A stretch of 64,000 bases of DNA. Source: Clostridia bacterium (GTDB lineage Bacteria; Bacillota; Clostridia; UMGS1883). Made by a program: the position numbers and the translations under genes. Shown here piece by piece: positions 57,079-64,000 of this stretch; the first letter of the stretch is position 1, and every line of letters begins with the position of its first letter. The notes below the pieces were generated by a model that was given only the letters and a program-made list of their open reading frames with translations, did not search any database and was not told the origin of the DNA. Location of the stretch: positions 1,575 to 65,574 of the forward strand of contig JAZNYX010000017.1 in the NCBI GenBank assembly GCA_045594665.1, given 5' to 3'.

Positions 57079-58242
57079 ATGCAATATGAAACAGCTGCTC
57101 AAATGGCAGAAAGACTGGGGGTAACTGCAAGGCTTGTTCAGCTTTGGGCGAAGGAAGGCAAGCTTCCCGGTGCAATGAAGCAAGGCAGAGACTGGCTTAT
57201 CCCCGTTGGGACGGCAAAGCCCAAAAGAGGAATGACGATTCACACTACCTGTGATATTTCGCTGCCTCTTTTAGCAGGGGCATATAAGCCCGGAACCATA
57301 CACGATACAATAATGTCTATGCACGAAGGTGATGAAAAAAATCTGGCACTGGCGGAGTATTACTATTTTACGGGAAAGCCCGAAAAAGCAGTTGCCGAAA
57401 CAGAACTGTTTTTTAATCATAAGGATGTGGTAACCAAGCTATCAGCATGCCTGATTTACGCCTTTGCAAATATTGCATTGGGCCAGGAGAAACGTGCAAG
57501 GATGGGCTTTGACTGCATAGAAGAAGCCTTGCGAGTTGAAATTGATGCGGAGAACATTTTGCCGCGTCAGAAGGCAATGTGTAAATTGATAGGCGCCACG
57601 GTAAATGTGCTTATGTACAGAATACCTCCCGATGAAGAGCTTTCGGAATATATGAAATACCTGCCCCGAGGGCTTCAGGTATGGGCGTGCTGTATGCTTG
57701 CACACATTGCATTTCTTCATAAGAAATACGACAAAGCAATAGGCATAACAGAAACAATTCTCTCAGTAAGCACGAAGACTTATCCGGTTGCAATGTGCTA
57801 TATACATATAGTGGCTGCTATGAGTTATATGGAATTAAAGCAGGTGGAAAAGGCTAAGCAATATATGCTTAAAACCTGGAATATTGCCAAAGCCGACGGG
57901 CTTATCCAGCCTTTCGGCGAGCATCACGGGCTATTGTGCGGCTTGGTAGAAGTATGTATCAAAAAGGATAATTTGCAAGAATATAATGAAATTATAAAGA
58001 TAGCAAACGGCTTTGCAAGTAACTGGCGAAATGTTCACAATGCAGACACGAAAAACAAAATCACTACAAGCCTTACAACCACGGAGTTCGCCATATCCAT
58101 GCTTGCCGGCCGCGGCTGGTCAAACCGGGAAATTGCCGATTATATGGAATTGTCGCTTCACACTGTAAAGAGGTATATTTCTATAGTCTACCAGAAGCTG
58201 GGAATTACAAGCAGAGCAGAATTAAAAAAACATATACACTGA
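57079..58242 (+). CDS. Regulator with N-terminal excisionase/MerR-like HTH, helical middle and C-terminal LuxR HTH
   Basis: AQMAERLGVTARLVQLWAKEGKLPGAMKQGRDWLIP and LTTTEFAISMLAGRGWSNREIADYMELSLHTVKRYISIVYQKLGITSR. Confidence 0.85.
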   Translation: MQYETAAQMAERLGVTARLVQLWAKEGKLPGAMKQGRDWLIPVGTAKPKRGMTIHTTCDISLPLLAGAYKPGTIHDTIMSMHEGDEKNLALAEYYYFTGKPEKAVAETELFFNHKDVVTKLSACLIYAFANIALGQEKRARMGFDCIEEALRVEIDAENILPRQKAMCKLIGATVNVLMYRIPPDEELSEYMKYLPRGLQVWACCMLAHIAFLHKKYDKAIGITETILSVSTKTYPVAMCYIHIVAAMSYMELKQVEKAKQYMLKTWNIAKADGLIQPFGEHHGLLCGLVEVCIKKDNLQEYNEIIKIANGFASNWRNVHNADTKNKITTSLTTTEFAISMLAGRGWSNREIADYMELSLHTVKRYISIVYQKLGITSRAELKKHIH

Positions 58243-58250
58243 ATTTTACC

Positions 58251-58290
58251 AAAAATGACTATTTTGAATTTGAAAATAGTCATTTTTTTT
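58251..58290 (+). terminator. Terminator-like (or operator) hairpin after the regulator
   Basis: aaaaatgactatttt-gaatttg-aaaatagtcattttt plus a T-run. Confidence 0.65.
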
Positions 58291-58380
58291 TGTTACAAGA
58301 GGATTACATATCAGATGCATTTTTGTTACAATAAACTCATAAAATGCAAAGCATACAGAAATAAAAGGAAAGGGGCGTAG

Positions 58381-58692
58381 GTGGTGAAGAAATATCGAAA
58401 ATATAATTTTGAAGGAATTGTCATCGATATACCTTCCGAGTATGATGCGCATAGCGGAATTTACTTTGATGATATTCCCGATTTAGAGGAAAAGCCGCTA
58501 TACACTCCCACGGGAAAGCCTGTTGTATCGGCAGTGCAGGACCGATGCAGGCATTACGATTCGGAGGGAGATGAAGCCGACTGCGGATCCTGCAAATTTT
58601 ATCAGCCCAATCATCCGGGAGATTTGATAGGGGTTTGTGTTAACCCCAAAACGGTAAAAACACAATTTCCACAAGGGGGTACCCCCTTGTAG
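58381..58692 (+). CDS. Small Cys-rich hypothetical protein
   Basis: RBS AAGGGG with GTG start. Four Cys: RCRHYDSEGDEADCGSCKFY...GVCVNP. Confidence 0.7.
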   Translation: MVKKYRKYNFEGIVIDIPSEYDAHSGIYFDDIPDLEEKPLYTPTGKPVVSAVQDRCRHYDSEGDEADCGSCKFYQPNHPGDLIGVCVNPKTVKTQFPQGGTPL

Positions 58693-58750
58693 TAGTTATA
58701 CATAACTACTACAGACAACATTTGGTAAACCATTAGAAAGGAATGATTTT

Positions 58751-61700
58751 ATGAAAACAAGAAGGATATTGGCAACTATTCTGACATTTGCAATGCTGAT
58801 GACTACACTTCCGGCAACTCTGCTTGTTTCAGCGTCAGAAGGATCCTTGCCAATTTATTTCTTCATCTCTCGCCCCGGCGAAGAACCTTCGCCTTCGGGT
58901 ACTTATGAAGATTACGACATATTGGCAGGACAGGGTTCTGCATTGTCAACACCGGAGGCGGCAACAAATTCGCAAATTGCCACCAATCAGGGTATACGAA
59001 ATGTGAGCCCTGAGTCCGAAATCACACAGTACATTGAAAGCTGGCCTCGGGGCTATACGGCCGAAACCTTTAAAGAGTTTGGTAATATGACGCTCTGGGG
59101 AGTAGATTACAGTGATGACGAATATGAAATTACATGGGTTACAATATGTAAAAGAGGAACCTTAGGCTTGAGTTGTTACTGCGGTTTTAACATTGGTGCT
59201 CATATTCACATTGACGGCGTGCTTTCTAAAAAAGTTGAGGTAACACCCGATACACTTAAGGTTACCAAAACCATTCCCGTAGCAGCAGGCACAGGGGGTC
59301 AGGTCTTTAATTTCAGTCTTCAGAAGCTTAAGCAGGATGAGAATTTTAGACCCATTAATGAAGTGGACACAAACTTTGATGCAATTCCCCTGAAGGCGAC
59401 AATTGCTCAGGGCGGGACCAGTGCTCCCATCCTTAACGCAAACACCGGCACAGCTGATACATTAAGCTTTGGTTATTATCAGATTATTGAAGAATCTGAC
59501 CCGGCGTGGGAACAGAGCAATATTGTTTATATTCAAGTTGCTACCAACGGTACTTTCAGATACAGCTACACTCTTAATAGCAATAGCTTTGTTGTTATGC
59601 CTGATGGTGCAACACTTGCAAACACTTATAAGACCTATGAGGTAAACTACGATGACGGCTGGAGCGACGTTACGGTTTTTGAGCCACAGAAATATACAGG
59701 AAACCGTTATGGTGCTCAGATGCCTCAGTTCCAGGGCGGTACTCCCGAATATGCGGATAGAACGTATGTTTTTGACGGATGGCTTTATGATTCCAACAAC
59801 AACGGAACAAAGGATGCTGACGAAACCGTTTATCAGCCCGGTAGCCTTCCGGCAACAGTTACTGAGGATACATATTTTGTGGCACAATGGAAGGACAATG
59901 CCCACAAGGTTACATGGCTTAACGATAACGGCGATGTGCTTGAGATTGACGAAAATGTTATAAACGGTGAAATTGCCGCTTACGATAACACAGGCGGGTC
60001 CCTTGAAGCCTTGGCTACAGCTAAGAACAACGGTCAGTACACCTATACCTTTTTAGGCTGGTCACCGGAGGTAGTTCCTATGGCAGGCAATGACCAGGTT
60101 TATACTGCTGTATATACATCTGTTGTTAATAAGTATACAGTAACATGGGTTAACGATGATGACACTCCGCTTGAGGTTGACGAAGACGTTGAATACAACA
60201 CCTTCCCTACCTACGATAATGAAAGTGGCTCACCTGATGAGCTTGCATCGGCTAAAAACACTGCAGAATACACCTACACCTTTGCAGGCTGGTCACCTGC
60301 CCCTGCGGTTGTTGTAGGAAATATTACCTATAAGGCGAATTACACAAGAACAAAGAACACATATACTGTCCGTTGGGAAGACTTCAACGGCACACTACTT
60401 GAAACAGATAGAAACGTAGAATACGGTGTGAAACCGGAATATAACAGAACTGATCCCACCCGTGCAGAAACTGCGGGTTATAGATACACTTTTATCGGCT
60501 GGAAAAAAGCAGGGGACGATACCCTTTACACCGATGAGCTTGACAATTATCCAGAGGTAGAGGGTAATGTAACCTATGTTGCACAGTATCAGGCGGTACG
60601 TGTTAAATTCACAGGTACTGTAAATATACATCTGGACGGCGAGCTTATTGACGCTTCCGTTACACCTGAAACCTTACTTGGTCAAGGAACAAAGATGTAC
60701 CTCGGAAACGGCACACAGGGAAATGCTACCCAATACTACGAGCTGACAAAGTCTGATACGCTGGATTATGCTTATCAGAACAAAGATATGGGAAACGGTA
60801 ATTATTACATCTATATCAGTGATGATGAAACTATTTACACCCAGCTTTGTGAACAGATTCTTGTTATTGAAAATGCTGACCGTGAAAGAGATTCCTATTT
60901 CTGGTCTGTAAACTATGATGCAAACGGAGGCACGAACTGCCCCGAAAACCCCGAATATTACCACAACGACCTGCCTGTTACGGTTTCTGAAACAGTTCCC
61001 ACACGGGACGGTCATATATTTATCGGCTGGCTTTATAGTGATGGCGAAGGAAACGAAGTTATATACCAGCCCGGCAAAAGTCTTACAAGCGGAATTACTC
61101 ATAAATATGACCTTGTGGCACAGTGGGTAGAAGATGTTGACCTTTATGTTAACGTAGTAATTGACCACACATCAGAAGCCGGAACCGACCATGAAGAAAC
61201 CAAGGACAATGTTTTAATTGAGCTTGTTACAAGAGAGAACGATACAGTTCCATGGATTGAGGTAGGCAACACAAAAATAGACCTCGATAAAGACAACTGT
61301 GAAGCAACGCATAGCTACTCATTTACGCCCGATACTGCGGCTGACCTGAGTGATTATGAAGGGTCATTATACACGGCAGACGGTGTAACCTATAGCGGTG
61401 CAGAGCTTGGTTTGCGCAGTGACTATGAGTATAGCCTAACTGCTGTGAAAGCCGGTTATGAGCTGATACGTGTTGAAGAAGATGGCGACACCCTTACGGC
61501 TTATTTGAAATATACCCCTGAGGATTTTGACCTTCAATTCAGCCTTGAGATGGCTGACGAAGTTCCCACAGAAGCATATCCCGATGCGGCAATTGTACGT
61601 GTGCTTCGCTGGGATGATTCGGAACAGGAATGGTCGATGATTTCTCAGCACGATAACGGTAAGCCCGGTGTTAGTGTTGAAATTAATAAGCAGGATGGTA

Positions 61701-64000
61701 AGGGAAGCGGATTTATTACAGTTCCGCAAACAGATAATGAAGACCCTTATGATTATCGCATAGTTGTTTCATCATTTGTTTATGATGGCGGTATTTCTCC
61801 TGCAAGGACAAACGACAATGTTGAGTTTACGGACAGTATTTATACTGCAACTATGGAGGATGTTGGTGAGGTTGGTGATGACCATACACATTCTTCCTTA
61901 GAGGGTGCATATTTTGACGGTTCTCAGCAAGTTGGTACACTTCACGGTGTAATCACCATAGGTCTTCACGATGTTACCTTTGACGCCCAGGGCGGTACAA
62001 TAAACGGTGATGCTACTTATACCATAGAGGATCTGTACAAAACTCCCGATCCTGCAGAGTACGTTCCCACACGTGATGGCGGATATGTATTTGATGGTTG
62101 GTATTGCGAGCAGACTTATGAGAATCCTGCAAAGAAGGACATTCGTCTTACAGAAGATGTAACCTTCTATGCTAAGTGGATTGCTCCCTGGTCGATAACA
62201 GGTACAGTCACCGTGGACGGAACATATGAGCTTGACGGCACAAAGATTATTCACGATGCTGACCGTATAGGTAAGGTTACAGTTCTGCTCCAGAAATATA
62301 ACCCCGGTTCAGGATATTACGCAACATTGGATGCACAAGAGGTAACTATCACATATCCTGATGACAAAACTCAACCGGGAATAAGTAATGAGTATTTATT
62401 TGAGAATGTTCCCAACGACGGCGTATGGCGTATAGGTGTGCTTAACCACAACTATACCGATACCTACAATAACGAGCCGATTAGTGATGACATTTTTGAA
62501 GTGGCTACCCAAGGTACAAACGGTCCCTCTGTGGCTGTTGACGATAACGGCGACAATATGGCAGAAGTAGATATCCATATGGCGTTTAACCCTCAGAATT
62601 TTAACTTTTATTATAAGGTTATAGCGACAGATATTGGTGAAGACTATCGTCCCCAAAGCGCAGAGGTTCTTGTGCTTTATGATGATAATTACGAGGACAG
62701 CACCTCTCCACGTCTGTGGCCTGTTATCAGCCAGATGCAAAGTGGCACAGATTACACGGGTGAAACCGTGACATTTAGAACAGAAGGTGCAGAATACAGC
62801 GTTACAGACTCATACCCCGTATGGGAGTTGCATCCTCTGGGATACCTCTACGACTACACCATCAAGGTTCAGGCAGTTGACGGAACAAATTTAACCGATG
62901 CATTGCCTTACATGGTAGAGTATGAAGGTACGGCTCATTATCAGAACCCCGGTGCTTATGAAGATCAGAGTATGCTTGTCAAGGCTACAATTAAACCCAA
63001 AGCTTACCCGATTAATTATTTCCTTGAACCGGACAGCACAATTAAAATTGAAACTCTTGGCAAGAAAACGCACACATGGAGCTTCGAAACTGATATCAGC
63101 ACAGAACGTCCCACTCGTCAAGGCTACGTATTCATGGGCTGGGTAGACGAAAACGGCGATCCCGTTTCCACAATTTCGGCAGCTGTTCATACAGAGACAA
63201 ATGTTTATGCTACATGGGAGGTAGACAACTGGAAGGATGCTGACAAGACGTCAGACACGGATGACAAGGATGCTCCCACAGGCGGCGATGGAATACCGGA
63301 CAGCAAGCAGGTGCATTTCCTGTACAACAGCGGAGAAAATGGAACAACCAGCCCCATTGGTGAAATTTACACCATTGACGGTGAGGATTTTGAAGATGTA
63401 ACAGTTACAGCTACATCCGGCACAACTCCTGCTCCTGTTGCAGACTATGCTGTTGATAAGTGGGAATATAAGGGCAGCAGTGACGATAATGATAATGCTA
63501 CTGTTGAGCCATTCACTCCCGAGGTAAACCATAAAATTACTCCTACTATCAACAATGCAGATGGCGGAAAAACCTACACCTTTGAGGTAACCTTTGCTAT
63601 TGATACAAAGGGCAAGCCCACAGGACCTGACGGTATTGCCGATAAGTATCAGGCATTTGTAGAGTTCCGCAGCGGAAATTCTGCTCAGGGTACAGTAGAA
63701 CCAGCTAACGGTCTTGAACCAGAAGGCTCTGTTTACCAGACATTTGACCTTCGTAGAACCGAAGGTGTGGTTACCCCTGATGTTTCAAAAATAAAGCGTA
63801 ACCCCGCTGAGGGCTATGCCTTTGATTACTGGACAAAGGATGATGAAACAGAAAAGCTTTATGAATTACCGACATCAATCAGTAATGTCCTCGGCGGAAC
63901 AACCATCGTATATTATGCTCATTTCTCCATTGACGAATGGGATGACGGTGATGATACTGATGAAGAAGGTGACGGTGTTCCCGATAACCGACAGGCACTT
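58751..64000 (+). CDS. Giant secreted surface protein/adhesin with InlB-B (Listeria-Bacteroides)-like repeats; 3' end lies outside the window
   Basis: Hand translation gave 1750 codons with no stop, from ATG 58751 (RBS GAAAGGA) to the window end. Signal peptide MKTRRILATILTFAMLMTTLPATLLVSA; repeats such as VNYDANGG...PTRDGHIFIGW and VTFDAQGG...PTRDGGYVFDGW. Absent from the ORF track. Confidence 0.9.
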   Translation, partial: MKTRRILATILTFAMLMTTLPATLLVSASEGSLPIYFFISRPGEEPSPSGTYEDYDILAGQGSALSTPEAATNSQIATNQGIRNVSPESEITQYIESWPRGYTAETFKEFGNMTLWGVDYSDDEYEITWVTICKRGTLGLSCYCGFNIGAHIHIDGVLSKKVEVTPDTLKVTKTIPVAAGTGGQVFNFSLQKLKQDENFRPINEVDTNFDAIPLKATIAQGGTSAPILNANTGTADTLSFGYYQIIEESDPAWEQSNIVYIQVATNGTFRYSYTLNSNSFVVMPDGATLANTYKTYEVNYDDGWSDVTVFEPQKYTGNRYGAQMPQFQGGTPEYADRTYVFDGWLYDSNNNGTKDADETVYQPGSLPATVTEDTYFVAQWKDNAHKVTWLNDNGDVLEIDENVINGEIAAYDNTGGSLEALATAKNNGQYTYTFLGWSPEVVPMAGNDQVYTAVYTSVVNKYTVTWVNDDDTPLEVDEDVEYNTFPTYDNESGSPDELASAKNTAEYTYTFAGWSPAPAVVVGNITYKANYTRTKNTYTVRWEDFNGTLLETDRNVEYGVKPEYNRTDPTRAETAGYRYTFIGWKKAGDDTLYTDELDNYPEVEGNVTYVAQYQAVRVKFTGTVNIHLDGELIDASVTPETLLGQGTKMYLGNGTQGNATQYYELTKSDTLDYAYQNKDMGNGNYYIYISDDETIYTQLCEQILVIENADRERDSYFWSVNYDANGGTNCPENPEYYHNDLPVTVSETVPTRDGHIFIGWLYSDGEGNEVIYQPGKSLTSGITHKYDLVAQWVEDVDLYVNVVIDHTSEAGTDHEETKDNVLIELVTRENDTVPWIEVGNTKIDLDKDNCEATHSYSFTPDTAADLSDYEGSLYTADGVTYSGAELGLRSDYEYSLTAVKAGYELIRVEEDGDTLTAYLKYTPEDFDLQFSLEMADEVPTEAYPDAAIVRVLRWDDSEQEWSMISQHDNGKPGVSVEINKQDGKGSGFITVPQTDNEDPYDYRIVVSSFVYDGGISPARTNDNVEFTDSIYTATMEDVGEVGDDHTHSSLEGAYFDGSQQVGTLHGVITIGLHDVTFDAQGGTINGDATYTIEDLYKTPDPAEYVPTRDGGYVFDGWYCEQTYENPAKKDIRLTEDVTFYAKWIAPWSITGTVTVDGTYELDGTKIIHDADRIGKVTVLLQKYNPGSGYYATLDAQEVTITYPDDKTQPGISNEYLFENVPNDGVWRIGVLNHNYTDTYNNEPISDDIFEVATQGTNGPSVAVDDNGDNMAEVDIHMAFNPQNFNFYYKVIATDIGEDYRPQSAEVLVLYDDNYEDSTSPRLWPVISQMQSGTDYTGETVTFRTEGAEYSVTDSYPVWELHPLGYLYDYTIKVQAVDGTNLTDALPYMVEYEGTAHYQNPGAYEDQSMLVKATIKPKAYPINYFLEPDSTIKIETLGKKTHTWSFETDISTERPTRQGYVFMGWVDENGDPVSTISAAVHTETNVYATWEVDNWKDADKTSDTDDKDAPTGGDGIPDSKQVHFLYNSGENGTTSPIGEIYTIDGEDFEDVTVTATSGTTPAPVADYAVDKWEYKGSSDDNDNATVEPFTPEVNHKITPTINNADGGKTYTFEVTFAIDTKGKPTGPDGIADKYQAFVEFRSGNSAQGTVEPANGLEPEGSVYQTFDLRRTEGVVTPDVSKIKRNPAEGYAFDYWTKDDETEKLYELPTSISNVLGGTTIVYYAHFSIDEWDDGDDTDEEGDGVPDNRQAL

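Noticed and set aside
58824-63532. Many short ORFs listed on both strands in this region
   Set aside because: They are alternative or antisense frames of the single uninterrupted 58751->64000 frame.

Overview
Chromosomal window from a low-GC, spore-forming Clostridia-type Firmicute. The Oscillospiraceae/Ruminococcaceae-like placement is an inference from gene style and repeat families. Most of it is core genes: holB-ricT, trmK-nif3-rnpB, radC, rnmV, hpf, rnj, tgt, spoIIE, nagBA, galTK, nth, rarA and the rimP-nusA-ylxR-ylxQ-infB-rbfA-nrnA-truB-ribF operon. It also holds a Na+-pumping biotin decarboxylase operon (carboxyltransferase, OadG, biotin carrier, OadB, OadA) and a sugar cluster (GH88, SGNH esterase, GH130, phosphomutase, GH28, ManA-ROK fusion). 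A giant surface-protein gene at 58751->64000 is missing from the ORF track because it runs off the window. No tRNA, rRNA, CRISPR array, integrase or transposase was seen. The least explained signals are: (i) a ~34-nt motif present three times in the decarboxylase operon, twice directly before an RBS and once inverted on the carboxyltransferase stop codon; (ii) a two-HTH regulator, Cys-rich small protein and giant adhesin module with several perfect palindromes; (iii) several families of short palindromic intergenic elements, including an ATATCG-spaced hairpin array and GTAG-type REP pairs bracketing an S-layer gene.
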